From contig CH464491.1 in NCBI GenBank assembly GCA_000002445.1, positions 5,152,001-5,216,000 of the forward strand: a stretch of DNA of 64,000 bases, read 5' to 3'. The stretch comes from Trypanosoma brucei (lineage: Eukaryota). This document shows, in pieces, positions 32,639 to 45,110 of the stretch. A program made the position numbers and the translations under genes. The notes beneath the pieces were generated by a model that did no database searches, was not told where the DNA came from, and saw only the letters and a list, made by a program, of their open reading frames with translations. Positions within the stretch are counted from its first letter, which is position 1. Each line of letters opens with the position of its first letter.

Positions 32639-34159
32639 TCAAAGTTCCAGCAGACTCACAAATGCAGCAGAAACCATGAGGGCGAAGTGTTTGTTTGCTA
32701 GAATAGAGGAATCTTTGCATTCTTTTCCATCCCATTTGCAGTTAGGAGATTTGCACTCCTCTTCTTTTTTTTTATCGGAGCACTTTTTGGCTGCCGTATC
32801 TGATGCTCCTGCATCTCCTGCTCCAGCTGCACTTGTCTCTCCTTCTCCCTCTTTAGGTTTGCATGTTCCTTCTGTTTCAGATTTTCCACCTTTTGCTTCC
32901 CATTTGCAATTCTTTTCTTCACAGGTCTTTTTGGATTTGTGCTTATTGCATTCTTCTTGTGCTATAGGCGGAATTTTTTCCTTTGTTGGTTCGCCTTTCA
33001 CTGTGCTGGCACTCGCAAAACCAGCTTCATATAGGTGCCAAACACTTAGGTTCATTGTCGTTAGCGTGTTGATGGTGGCAGTAATGTCTGATTCGGTTGT
33101 TGCTGTCGGCGCTGCTTCGATCGCTTCGCGGACTTCCTCTTGCCACCGTATCTCGGTGTTTGCTGCCGTTTTTCTCCATGGTGCATAGTTTACACAAATC
33201 TGTTTGGTCGCGCCGTTGCAGCCTGTCGCCGTCGCATCTGCCCAGCCGAGAATGTATTTGTTGTTTTGGGTTGGTGTTGTTTTGCTGTGAGTGTTTCCTC
33301 CAATGAGCGAGAGCAGGCTTGTAAGCGCTGCCTGTAGCGCACCTGGATTGACTTTCGCTTGCGCTTGTGGGCATTCGTCTATCAGTGCGTCCCATGCGCT
33401 GTTTATTGCGCTATGTGGCGTCCGGAAGTTGTTCTGTGCTGTGGTTACGCCGTGTGGTGTTGCCGCGCAGTTTTTCATCCCGGTTTGGCCGTCGATGCAG
33501 ATACATACTAAGTCGTTAATTAGTGTTTTGCCGACGTTCGTGTCGCTTTGGGAGCTGAACTGACTGCCGCCGCAGTTGGTTGTTCGTGTGTTTGAGCTGG
33601 TGTCGCCGAAAATGCTGCTGGCGTTGGCCCCTGCAAAGAGGGCAGCTCCAGGTTTGAGTGCCGGAGGCTTTTCCTCTTTGCCCCACACTGCCTTGTAAAG
33701 GTGTTTGTTTGCCGTGGCCGTGTCCGCTTCGACCTTTTTGATCTTGTCCTTCAGTGCCGATATCAAGGCTGCTGCCGCCTTTGCCGTTTCATTTATTTTC
33801 TGTGCTGCTGCTATGCCATCCGCAGTCTGTGGTAGCGCCTTGTCACCTTTTTTGAGTCCTTCTGTGCCTTCCTTTGCCCTTTTTTCGATTTCTGTTTTGT
33901 TGTCGTAAGCTAGTATTTCCGCTCGCTGTATGTCGGTTTCTAGCTCCGTTAGTTTGTTGTTAATTTTTATTTCTGTACTATCGAAGCCCTTAGAGGCTAG
34001 CTGAATTAAGTTACAGAGCGCTCCAAATTCTTGGGCGTTTTCGGCCTCCTGGTCATCCGCTGCCTGTCCGACGTTCGATCCGTGGAATATCATTGCGGCT
34101 GTTGCCGCTAGGTACATGAGCTTGGTCATCTCTTTTGCTCTTTGTTTTTGAATAAACAT
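32639..34159 (-). CDS. VSG: variant surface glycoprotein, apparently intact (506 aa; true start probably the internal Met at about 34129)
   Basis: Uninterrupted ORF with ...MTKLMYLAATAAMIFHGSNVGQA signal peptide, ...DDQEAENAQEFGALCNLIQLA N-terminal motif, and C-terminus CKWDGKECKDSSILANKHFALMVSAAFVSLLEL. Confidence 0.88.
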   Translation of the reverse strand: MFIQKQRAKEMTKLMYLAATAAMIFHGSNVGQAADDQEAENAQEFGALCNLIQLASKGFDSTEIKINNKLTELETDIQRAEILAYDNKTEIEKRAKEGTEGLKKGDKALPQTADGIAAAQKINETAKAAAALISALKDKIKKVEADTATANKHLYKAVWGKEEKPPALKPGAALFAGANASSIFGDTSSNTRTTNCGGSQFSSQSDTNVGKTLINDLVCICIDGQTGMKNCAATPHGVTTAQNNFRTPHSAINSAWDALIDECPQAQAKVNPGALQAALTSLLSLIGGNTHSKTTPTQNNKYILGWADATATGCNGATKQICVNYAPWRKTAANTEIRWQEEVREAIEAAPTATTESDITATINTLTTMNLSVWHLYEAGFASASTVKGEPTKEKIPPIAQEECNKHKSKKTCEEKNCKWEAKGGKSETEGTCKPKEGEGETSAAGAGDAGASDTAAKKCSDKKKEEECKSPNCKWDGKECKDSSILANKHFALMVSAAFVSLLEL

Positions 34160-34909
34160 GTACAGAAGGTTGGCTGTTGTTCAGAAAGAAGGGGTTGGAC
34201 CAAGACTGTGAGCTCAGTGTTTTTTTTGCGATGTCCCATCAGCGGTGTTTGGTATCTGGGTTCAACAGCGAACGGTGAGCTTCTTTTTCGAAGATTTTTA
34301 GGCAAAAAAGAGGGTGTTGTTTTTTCATGCAGGAAGTTTGATCTCCGTGCTGTGCTGTGATGCCTGTGCCTGCTTGAACTGCCCTTGGTGTCCGCTGCTA
34401 TTAGTTTTTATGGAATTTCTTATGCTTACACAAACAAATTCACAAAATAAACTCTACCACATCTGAGGGTCCCCTCTATGCATTTCTACTGTCATCTGTT
34501 TGAAACATCATAGACATTGCCTAATTCTGTTGGAGATCCCAGCAGTTTTGACAGCCAACAATATAGGTACATTATATCCGCAAAAACACGTTCTATTGTT
34601 GAGTCCGTATTGGTTTCTGGCTTTTTTGCTCTAACATTGCTGTTTTGACCGGTACCTGTGCCGCTATTTTTAGTTTTTTCCTATTACAGCTGATTTGGCG
34701 CTATTAATCTATCCTCCAAAGCCGCTTCCATCACTTGCAGTTCTTTCGCTGAGTTTTTGGTGTATATGCTTTGGTTTCTTTGTTTTCTGAAAGAGCAGAA
34801 GGTACTACTTTTCTAATACTATCAGTGTCATAAAAGTGTGATTCAACAGTTTCTATCACCTACAATTCGGCTGTTAGTCCTGGATTTGAATCACTATCGT
34901 TACAAAAAT

Positions 34910-34934
34910 GATACACACTCACAACACTCTTCTA

Positions 34935-34999
<65 letters not shown>

Positions 35000-35065
35000 G
35001 TTGCTCTTATTATAATATTAGTATATAAACACTTACAACACTCTTCTATCATTATTATGGTTATG
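34910..35065 (-). repeat. 70-bp repeats (two units) with a (TAA)n tract
   Basis: Two cores (atgatacacactcacaacactc... and ttattataatattagtatataaacacttacaacac) flank about 27 ATT triplets. Confidence 0.85.
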
Positions 35066-35329
35066 ACAGTTGTTATTTCCATTTTTACCATTACTATTTA
35101 TTTTACTAACAAACATACGTAATGCAAATTAGAATAGCAGTCCTTTGCATACCATATCACCTTACTACTTTACACCCATAGGATATTTGCATGCATATTT
35201 TGTTTAAAAAAAGTTTTCAAACGTCATTAAATGTGTTATAAAATATATATTTAGCAAAGCGTGTAAAAAAACAAAAGTCCATACATTTCACAAATTTGAG
35301 AAAAAATCCTTAATATGCTACAAAACTCA

Positions 35330-36836
35330 CAAAAGAAGCAACAACTAGAGCCAATTTCTTATTGACAAGAGAGCTGGAATCTTTGCAAGTTTGGCCCTCC
35401 CATTTGCAATCCGGAGATTTGCAGTCTGCTTGCGATTTCCCTTTTCATTTTTCTATTTTTGTTTCAGCCCCTCCTGTTTGAGTTTGTGTTTCAGGGACTC
35501 CCTGTGCTGTGGCTTTTGAGGCATTATATTTGCACTTTTTACCTGTTTCAAGTTCAGTCGAATTGTAACTGCATTTAGGATCAGTATTGCATTCAGTCTC
35601 ATCTTTCATTTTGTTGCATTGCTCCTCCGGTGTTTTGATTTTGTCGGCCACTTGTTGCCCTTGAGCTGCCAATACGGCTGCCTTATCATCAGTCCGGTCG
35701 AGGTGTGCGACAATCATTGCCGCTTGTTTCTGAAGCGCCTTTATGGCGGCTGTTACTCGCTTTCTTTCCCTTGTGAGCTCGGCATCCCGTTCTAATCGTT
35801 TCTTTGCAGTTTCTAAGGTTCGGAGCCACGTTAGGTCTTGGGTTGGCGCTGTTGCTGTTTTTATCTGCATGTCCTCGAGGTTTACGCATGCTTTACCGTC
35901 TGCTTTGTCGCAGTTTGGGTTGTTGTCTGGTGTGCCGATTACTAGCGATTCACCGTTGCTGTGGCTGTGATGCTTGATTATCCTTTGGACTGCGTTTATG
36001 GCTGCTGTTAGTGAGTGCTCGGTAAGCGCTGTCGGGCGTGCCGTTTTGCACACACTGTGTATGTGGCCCCAGATCGCCGGTTTTCCGGTTTCTGCCCATT
36101 GCCAGCCATTCGGATTTGGGCTCGCGGTCGTGCCACAGACTTCCTTGTTCTGTGTGCCGTCTTGTGCACACAGACATAACATCGAAATACATACTGCCTC
36201 ACCCGCTTTCGGTAGCTTGCAGTCGGTCGTTTTTGTGCCGGTGAGCGTCGGGGCGCAGGTTGGCGCCGGGCCGGCCGTCGGCGTTTTTGTTCCGTAGACT
36301 GCCTGCTTTACGTATTCTGCTGCTGTCGCCGCTAGTTCTGGTGGGCTTTCCGCTAGCTCACGGTTGTAACTGTCTTTTAGCTCTATTGCTTGTTCTAGTG
36401 CTGCACTGACAGCGATGGTGGCCGCTATGCCGGCGGGTGAAAAAAGCTTGGCGTCGCTAAATTTCTTATATTTCTTGCTGTTGTCTGGCTTATGCATCGC
36501 AATGTTCAGTGCTTCCCAGCGCTTGTATTGTGTTGAGCAGGTCTCTGCTTTGGGTGTTTGAAGGCAAGGGTCCGGCTCCTTGGTGGGTGTTGTAGCCACT
36601 GCCTTCAGTTTTCCCCGCCACGAGTTTGGTGCTACCGATAAGTTCAGTCTTTAGAGTTCGTCTCTTACCTCTTCCGTTAATGGTTTTGGCAGTTCATCGC
36701 TTATGCCCGCATCGGCGAGGATAACCAGCTGGCACAGGGTTTGTAGTTCTAGTACGTTCACATGGTGGTCGTTAGCTGTGAACGCTACGTCTGGCGCTAG
36801 AAGCACCGCTATTAGTGCTGCTGTTTTTGTATACAT
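35330..36836 (-). pseudogene. VSG: VSG pseudogene (frameshifts at the N- and C-terminal ends)
   Basis: A signal peptide and N-terminal segment in ORF 36651-36836 (MYTKTAALIAVLLAPDVAFT...), the main body in 35445-36599, and the GPI-signal segment ([27 protein letters not shown]) in a different frame at 35330-35440. Confidence 0.8.
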
Positions 36837-37784
36837 TTGTTTTATTTATTTGCTTTTTCTGTTATTGATGACAGCTTTTGATGCTAGGAGCAGTGAGCTG
36901 TTGAGGTCGCGGGCATGAATTTAGTGTAGAATGGTAAAATATAGAGGGAGTTTTGTACCTTATTGCGCTTGGAATATTTCGTTGAAGGAACTTCTGGTTT
37001 TCAATTTTCTTCCCAGTTTGCTTTGCCGTCAGCTGTTATACATGTTGTATTTTTCACCGGTTATCCTTCAGATGTCGTATCTGCAGTGTGGTGGGTTTAC
37101 TTCCACATCTATTCGACGTTCTTTCGAAGCAACTCTCTCTGTGTTTGCCGCGTTTTCTATTTAAACTTCAAATTTTAAACTGTTGTAGGCTATAAAATTC
37201 TGAGGCATCACCGGTGAAAACCTATTAAATCACGCCATGTTACCGTTACGCGCATTTGTAAGTTATTCTAGAAAACATCAAAAGACTGTCGATACTAATA
37301 AGTATACTTGTAAAAATTTATGATGCTGCCTAATTGTTGTCATCCTACCAGCCGCTGATTCCATACGTTTTCGTAGTTCACATGTCGCTTCCACGGTTGC
37401 TTTTTTTGTTCTATTGTTTTTTTAACTAACAGCGTGTAAGCATTATGTCTCTGAAAATAAGGTACCTTACTAACCGTACTGTATGTCTCACCCAGGTTGA
37501 GGTAACGCTTATTTACGGGATTCGCATCTGCGTTGGTGTCCCTATGGTTTTTTCACTTCCTTTGCTATAGCGGTTGTACTTTTCGCTGCAAAATTCGACT
37601 CAAAAGTTGCTACTTCCTTTGCCGGGTACCATATTTCCTACCATTTAGTTGCTGCAGGACTTTCACAATCTGCAGCTGAACATCTCTTTATACGCTGTCC
37701 GTATTCAAATTAAGCATGATATTTTCTTTCACATACACCTCGCATTTCAATTCTTGTATTACAGGATATTTTATTCCAACAATG

Positions 37785-37895
37785 ACACACACTCACAACA
37801 TCATTATATTAATACTGCTCTTACTATAATATTCGTATATACATACTCACAATACTTTCCTATAATTATCATCATCATAATCATTATCATTAGTC
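37785..37895 (-). repeat. 70-bp repeat
   Basis: cacacactcacaacatc...ctcttactataatattcgtatatacatactcacaatac cores. Confidence 0.8.
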
Positions 37896-38066
37896 TATCC
37901 TAGTATCCATAAAATAAACGGAATAAATCATATTATAATAGCATTAATTTTTCATATTCTATCACTCTGATACTTTATACCTATATGCTAGCATTGCGCA
38001 CATTGTCAAAATTTTCATATTTTTATAATTCTGGAGTTTTTGAAAATTTGCACATTTCATCAAAAA

Positions 38067-38082
38067 GTGTTAAAATATATCA
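38067..38082 (-). promoter_or_regulatory. VSG 3'UTR conserved 16-mer (reverse complement gtgttaaaatatatca)
   Basis: Exact match about 100 nt downstream of the VSG C-terminus at about 38170. Confidence 0.7.
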
Positions 38083-38169
38083 AATGTCAGTAAGATTTAC
38101 GAAATTCTCTCAAAATATCAAATTTTCATCTGTCTAATAAATTTGAGCAAAAATTCTCAAAATGCTACA

Positions 38170-39584
38170 AAACTCACAAGAGCAGCCCCATCACAGCCAA
38201 TTTCTTATTGATGATGAAACTGGAATCTTTGCACTTGTTATCTTCCCATTTGCAGCTGGTGTCCTTCAGTGCTGGTATCCTCCGCTTTAACTGCATATTT
38301 CTCTTCTTTCTTTTCTTCCGCTTTCACTCCCTCTTTAGGTTCGCACTTTCCATTTTTGTCTGTTCCTTTCCATACACAAGGCTCATTGCACTCACTTTTA
38401 CCCTTTGAATCGCAGCCTTTATCTGCTTGCGTGTTTGTATTACTTTTTTTGGCTGCCTCCGTTGCTGCTGGTGTCTCCGGACACTTTTTACTTGCGCTGG
38501 ATATCAGTGATTTTGAAGAAGTGAGAAGTTTTGTCTTTCTCTTGCTTTTGTATTCGTTGCCGTCCCGCATTGTTTCCAGTGCTGCTTGTAGGTGTTGAAG
38601 TTGTGCCTCTTCAACGTCGTAGTTGCTTGCTGGATCGTTAGTGTCGAAAAATGATTTCGGTATTTGGAGTTTGCCTGTTATTTTTGGTTTCTTGCTGTCT
38701 AGCCGCAGCAGTTGCGTTGCCAGGTTTGGAGGGTCTGCGAGCTGCTGTTCTAGTTGCTCCATTTTTGTTTTGCACGGGTTGAAGTCAGTACTATCTATTG
38801 TTTGTTTGCTATAGGCCGGCCAGTCCGTGTGAGTAGCTGTTGCGCCCTTAGCGGCGACCTTAAATAGTCCGTTGCCCCAGACCGTCTCCTGTTCTTGGCT
38901 GTCTGCAGCGTAAGCTTCACCGCCGTTGGTGCCGTGTTGTGTTAGTTTGCAGTTTTTGCCGTCTGCGCTCTGAAAGTCTGCTTGCGTTGCCATCGCTCCT
39001 TTGAACGCGGTGTCGTAGTTTATCGCTGTTTCTAGAGCTTTCTCGTCAAAAGTTACTTGCTTGCCGCTGGCGTCTAGGCAACCTGCGAGCTTATTGACCC
39101 CTTGATGGTTGTATGCGTTGTTTTCGTCAGCGATGCAGTAGTTGCTCGATCCAATTGCCGCTTTGAATATGCCGACAAAATCGTCTACCCTGCCCGCGAA
39201 CAAATTGCACGTTGCTGGTGCGTAGACTGCCGTTGCAGCATTTGTGTGGAGTGTCTTTATCATGGCCGCCGTCGTCGTCTTAACTGCCAGGGATATTATC
39301 TGCAGCCATTCAGAACCGTTGATGTGGTCTTCTGTTACAAGCATTTGCAGGTCACCATCTAAGTTCTGAAGTCTCTGTATTACACCCACGTAGATGCTTA
39401 AAACCGTTGCCGCACGAGGGGCTGACCTTTTTAGCTCGTTGTTAAAGCTGCAAATTTTGCTCATGCCGCTGATCTTCAGTGCCCCTTTGTGCCCCGTGGC
39501 AGTGTTGGCAAAAACGCTGACAACTAAAAATATCAGCTTCATTTGTAGACCTCGGACCAAACTTTTGGCTGCTGTTTTTTTCAT
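38170..39584 (-). pseudogene. VSG: VSG pseudogene (C-terminal frameshift)
   Basis: The 448-aa ORF (38238-39584) has signal peptide MKLIFLVVSVFANTATG and an N-terminal domain but ends ...GHQLQMGR*. The expected C-terminus ...TSCKWEDNKCKDSSFIINKKLAVMGLLL* is read in the +1 frame across 38170-38265. Confidence 0.75.
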
Positions 39585-40663
39585 TCTTTGTTCTTATATG
39601 CGGGCTGCCTTGCTTTAAGAAGAGTGAGTTAAAAATTACGAGTTTCACCTCTGGTATATGGGGTCTTGGTTAGCTGTTCCATTTCTTCGTCGACAATGAA
39701 TTCCACTTATTTTGCACAGGCGGCCGCTGCGAGGTGCACCGCCGTGGGATGACAACATTGAGTAAGCTTGCGCTTAACCTTCGGTCGAGTCGCTGCTTTT
39801 GACAAGCTTAGGAAGAGTTTCCTAGTGTCCTGCTATTGTCTTCGTTACACCGGCTTCGCGTCGAGTTTGTGGTTACTTTTATGCTGTTTTACATCTTCCG
39901 TACTACACTGTTAAGTTGTCTGTTTCTGTTTACAGGGGTTACTAGTAGTAGTAACAAAAGGGTATATATACGTCGTGAGGTTTGTCGAGCGCTGCAACGC
40001 AAAACATGGTACTCTTTCTGATTGATCTTGAACTCAGAGTTATATGTCTAATTTATGCCCGCGTACAATAGCCAAATAAGCTTACCAAGTCATCTATAAA
40101 AAGTCCTGCGTCATCGGTTGATAACACCTAAACAAAATACCCCACATTTATTATATACACAGCGTACCCTTGACACAGTGTCTAATGTAAGTATTAGCAA
40201 TCAGATTTAAAAACGCTTGACGTCATCGTCGCTGCAGTAGAATCTATGCATTTTTAAGTGTAATATTTGGAATAATCCGCTCCTTCTGATATCATATTTT
40301 TTCTGTTTGGTGCTGCTACGTATCTCGTTCCTCCACTATGCATTTTTTGCTTTCTTTTTTTCCTTTTTCGTTCCTTCACCGGATAACGTACCGACAGCAT
40401 TTGGTCTTTACTATGAACTATGTCTCCTCCACATTGAACCCACTATCATTTCCTTCCGTATAATGCTGCCTATCGTTACGCTTTCTTGAAACGGCACATA
40501 TTCTATATCCTTCACTATCCTTCCACCTCTGCCTTAATCATATTCTTCTTACCTCCTCTTACTTTCTCTTTTGCTTACTGTCTCATTCAATCACTTAATC
40601 TGATTGTATACTTGAAATTGCTTTAATTGCTTCTATTTTGCCGTAGATTTAGCCTTGATCACC

Positions 40664-40760
40664 ACTATTATTATAATATTCGTATATGCACACTCTCACA
40701 ACACTCTCCTATTATTACTATTATTATTATCATTATCACTATTATTACACTAGTTAATAT
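40664..40760 (-). repeat. 70-bp repeat
   Basis: ttattataatattcgtatatgcacactctcacaacactc core plus a TAA/TGA run. About 100 nt here are near-identical to 61328-61440. Confidence 0.85.
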
Positions 40761-41015
40761 CCATAAAATAGGCAAACAAATTAAATTAGAGTAGCACTCA
40801 TTTTCCATCCCCTTTCACCCTTCGGCTTTGCACCCACAGGTCAGTATCATACGAAATTTTCATATTTTAAAGGTTTTCAATATCCTCACATTTTTTATTA
40901 ATTTGTACATTTTAATAAAAAAGTTAAAATTTAGTAAATTTACTCCAAATAGAAAATTTTACAAACTTTAGTAAAACGTTTTTGAGAACTTAATTATAGA
41001 AGCAAAACTTCAAGC

Positions 41016-42487
41016 AAAAGAGGGGCCTTGTTAATGACAAAAGAATTGCTTGCTGTGGTGTTTGCGGATTTACCATCTTTCCCTTCTTGGTTTGCTTTTT
41101 CTGCTGCTTGTTTGGCTTCCTCACTCAATGTGCACTTCTTTTTTCCACCTTCTTCTTCAACCTCTTTGCATGGGGGTGTGCATTTATTCCCTGGCCCCTT
41201 TTTCTTGCAAGTTGCGTCTGTTTTTAGTTATTTTTGTGGTTGCTGTGTTGGCTTTTTTGCTATTTCTTCCTGAAATTGCTTTCTCAAGTTTTCAAAGGTT
41301 TCCTTGTTTTTTATGTGTCTGAGAAGCAAACTTTTTCTCATGTCTTCGGGGTCGCTGTTAGTTTTTATTGTCTTTTCTGCCATCTTGTCCACTTGGACCT
41401 GTGTTACAGGGAGGCTGTCTATTTTGGTTTTTATCTTTTCGGCCTGGTTCTTAGAGTCCCCGGCTACGCTGTCTAGCAACGTGGCTGCTCCGTAGTCGTT
41501 TTTGCTATTTTTGGCCGTTAGTTTGGCGCCTTGTCGAACGCTTGTTATAAGCTGGGCTGCCTTGCCTTCGCCGATTACGTGAGTTAGTATGTCGTCCTTT
41601 GTTTGGCCACAGCCGTTATACTCGGCTTTGATTAGATGGACGATGGCATTGAACAATTTTTCTGGTGCTGTTTGTGGATTTGATTTTTCCCAGTTGTCTC
41701 CAATGCTGTCAAACTTCTGTTGCGTGATCGTTTCCGAGCCTGCGCTGTTGTGTGCTTTTACTTTGAGAAACCCAAACATGATTGGCTTTGACAATACTGT
41801 ATTTGTCTGCCAGACGTTGACGGCCGATGTGGCACCGTTAGTTTTCAGGAGAAAGCATTTCGTGTAAGCAGATCCCTCGGTTTTATGTGCTGTGCCGCTG
41901 GTCATTTCGTCATACCCGGTCGGCTTTAGTGCACTATTTTCTAGGAATTCTGTTGCTTTGACGTCGTCGGTTGTTTTAGCTGGGTTACAAAGTCGTGTTT
42001 ATGTGTTAGTCCCGCTTGAGTTTCCACCCGCCGCCGCCAAGCAAGTTTCTGTACTTCCTCCTGCGGAGACCGCTATTAAGAAATCGACAAATTCGTTTAT
42101 CGCTCCTGTCGCCTTGCTCGCGTTAACTGTCGCCAATAAAGCCACCTTCTGCATTTCCTGTAGTTGCTCCGCTGTTGCTGCTCCGCATGCGCCCGAAGCA
42201 GCCGCTGCTGCCTTGTAGACTGTTTACGCATCAGCATCGCCTCTGCTTCGCCTACCAGAAAAGTGATCAGCTCCGCCTCATAAGCAGCTTTGACTTCCTT
42301 TATGAGAGCCTCTTGCTTTTGTAGTGCTACTGAAGGTATTTTTTCGAGCTCAGTTGCGACCCTACAAATTTTTGTACCTCCGCTTCGTCAAACGCCTTTG
42401 CTGACGCCTCCGCAAGCTGAATTGCTGTCGCTAGCGCTGCCATGAGGCCTATGTAGCTGCGCACCGCTGGCTTTGAGCTTATCATTA
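41016..42487 (-). pseudogene. VSG: VSG pseudogene (in-frame stop and frameshifts)
   Basis: The N-terminus MISSKPAVRSYIGLMAALATAIQLAEA... at about 42487 hits a stop after 50 codons. The central ORF is 41228-41905. The C-terminal GPI signal TTASNSFVINKAPLLLEVLLL lies at about 41016-41080 in another frame. Confidence 0.75.
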
Positions 42488-44149
42488 TTTTTTTATTTAC
42501 TGGATTATTGTGCGTTGTGTGTTTGTCTATGTAATATTTGCGAAAAGATGGTTTTTAGATCGGCACAGTGGAGTTGATTGATCTGATTGTTGTTCTGGCT
42601 TACTACCGTTCAATTGGGAGAAGTTTATTAGATTTTTTTTTGCAGCTTGTGGATTGCAGCCCACGCCGCCCGGTACAGCTGTCGATAAGCTCGATATATT
42701 CGGCTGTCAACGCTTTTCAGAAGCAGCCTGCTGTGCCACCAAAACCGCATTCTGGTAGCTGCCTTCTTATGAGACCACTTAAATTTACGGTATTGAATTA
42801 AAAATTTTGCTAACATCAATTATTTCATGTCCAGCCTCCATCCAAAAATTTTCCATAGTTGCCAACATTATTTCGGATATTGATCCAAAATTACATCTAA
42901 AGTACTCTCCTTGTTTCTTCTCTGCACAATGTAAATGCATATACCTCCCTTTCTTTGATATTTGTTTTCAAATGCATCACAACTTGTTCTTTGTACAGCT
43001 TCTGACTATTCGAACCATATTTGACACTCAGAAGCTCGCCGTTCAAAAATTTTCTTGTACTAGTGCTGCAAACATCTGCGTTATTTTCCGCGTTCATTTT
43101 GTTCAAAGATGGTTTGTGGATCTGTCAAATTTGCTATCGATCGCCTCTTTGCCTCGCGTTCTCAAAGTATTGCAGCTGACAGCCTGCCGACTAAAGTTGG
43201 TACGAACATTGCTACACGCGGCATCAGTCGCCCTGACGCAGATCCGTGGCTTTTGCTGCTTTTTCAGACTCTGTGATTGCAAATCTTTTAACACAAAGAG
43301 TTTTTAACAAGTACAAACTAACACTAGCTCTTAGTTGTATTTGTCTTCGCTACTTACTTTCTTCTTTCTCACTTAACGATACAGAAAGCTGCAGGGTCAA
43401 GAAATACATATGGGAAGTCGATGCTATTTACTGTTTTCTTACTGGTTGATTCGAACCACTTGCACTTTTCCATGTTTTTTAGCTTATAGTATGCCAAATC
43501 TGCAGCTTAGACTTGCTTTTTACGTTTTGGATGCTAATACAGAAAATAAAGAAATATTTTCGCCCATACAATACCTTGCCAATTTGGCTACGTCTCAAAA
43601 GAACAACGACTCGGTGTTTCCACACTATCTTCTCACTCAAAAACGCTTTTATCACCGATATACCTTGTCGGTTTCTACTAATTTTTTTATCTGCTTCTAT
43701 TTTTACTAATTTAGCGCTACTTTTGTTTCTTTCTGTCAGTTCAACTGTGGCCATTGTACGCTTGCCCCTGAATAAACTTTCTAGCTGTCGTTAATACAGA
43801 TACCAAAAGCACTTTAAGATGAGTTATACGCTCTTTATCTCGTCAATTACCTCCAATGTTGCTATAAGGTACAAAGGTATTATATTCCTTATATTCCTTT
43901 CTTCCTTTCCGCTTTCTGTCACTGTTTCTACAGATTCCGTAGTTACTCTCCTTAGCTTATACACTGGAATTCGACTCTCCCTGATTGTTCTTTCTACCAT
44001 CTAGTTATGTATAATAATATCCATAATCATGTTTGAGTATGAACTGCCTATATTTCATCTCCTCATTCTCCTCTTCACTCTTCTACTTACTCTCATTGCA
44101 TCCTTGGAATTTTTAAAAATGTTTCTATTTATCGAATCCACTTCGTACT

Positions 44150-44222
44150 CTCATTATTGCTCTCATTATAATATTCGTATATACACACTCACAACGCACT
44201 TCTATTATTATTATTATTATAG
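44150..44222 (-). repeat. 70-bp repeat
   Basis: ctcattataatattcgtatatacacactcacaacgcac core plus a TAA run. Confidence 0.85.
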
Positions 44223-44384
44223 CCCTAAATAATTTGCATTAAAAAAATACAAGAAAAGTTAGAATATCACTCATTTTCACATTTTCATCAGAAAGTGTAA
44301 AGGTATATAAAATTTAGATAAATTTATAAATTTTATAAAATCAAGAAAAGGTTTTAAAAGTTGTTGAATGCTACAAAAATAGTA

Positions 44385-44700
44385 AAAGCAGCAGCCATCA
44401 GAGCCGATTTGTTATTTAAAAGTAAACTATAATCACTTCAAGCTTTATTATTCCATTTGAAGTTATCGCCCTTTTGTACAGGCATCCGATGTAATGTGGC
44501 TAGTGCAATTTGCAGTTGCAGTTGTTTTATCCCCGTCTTTCTTTTCTCCTGTTTCGTCTCCTGTATTTTTTTGTCTCCTTCTTGTTTGGCTCCTTCTACA
44601 GCTGTTGTTAGTTTTTGCATTTTCTGAACATAGTAATAAGCCATTGTCTTCCCGAAGTTGTTCTTGTTGCAATGCTTACCAGCTCTAAAAAAACGGCGGT
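44385..44700 (-). pseudogene. VSG: VSG C-terminal fragment
   Basis: ORF 44463-44672 encodes a cysteine-rich C-terminal-type segment (CSENAKTNNSCRR...KKDGDKTTATANCTSHITSDACTKG). A GPI-like hydrophobic tail (LNNKSALMAAAFTIFVAF) lies at 44390-44440. There is no N-terminal domain. Confidence 0.5.
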
Positions 44701-45110
44701 GCAGCGCCATAGGCCACGCACCAGGGTCTTAAAAAAAAGTTTGAAGCCTGTCCCTACGAAAAGTGCAGAAGCGAAACTCTCGAAAGCTACAAGAGTATAA
44801 TTGTAACAATGTGGGGATTAAATGAATATGAGAAAAATTTAAGCGAAGATGGCTGCCGTCCAAATAAGGGTTAGGGTTTCACCAAAAAGAGAGCTACTGT
44901 GCCACTGAAAAAAAATTAAATTAAAAAATGGGTCGATGTGAAGATGGAAATTTAAGCTGCAGATGTAAACGTGAACAAAAATGTCTGCTGCGTCAATAAG
45001 GGTTAAGGCCACATCTAAAAAAAAAGGACAAAATCATGACGGGTCACTGGTAGTAGAAAACAAGAAAAAATAAAAATAATAACCCTAACCCTAACCCTAA
45101 ACCTAAGCCT
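44700..45110 (-). repeat. interstitial telomere-like block (CCCTAA x3, TAAGGGTTAGGG, subtelomere-like short repeats)
   Basis: aaccctaaccctaaccctaaacctaagcc at 45081-45109. gtccaaataagggttagggtttcacc at about 44858. gtcaataagggttaaggccac at about 44990. Confidence 0.7.

Noticed and set aside
42807-43307. 166-aa plus-strand ORF in the co-transposed region upstream of VSG pseudogene 41016-42487
   Set aside because: Low-complexity, Cys/Phe-rich translation with no recognisable domain, in a region that is intergenic in other cassettes; probably a chance ORF.
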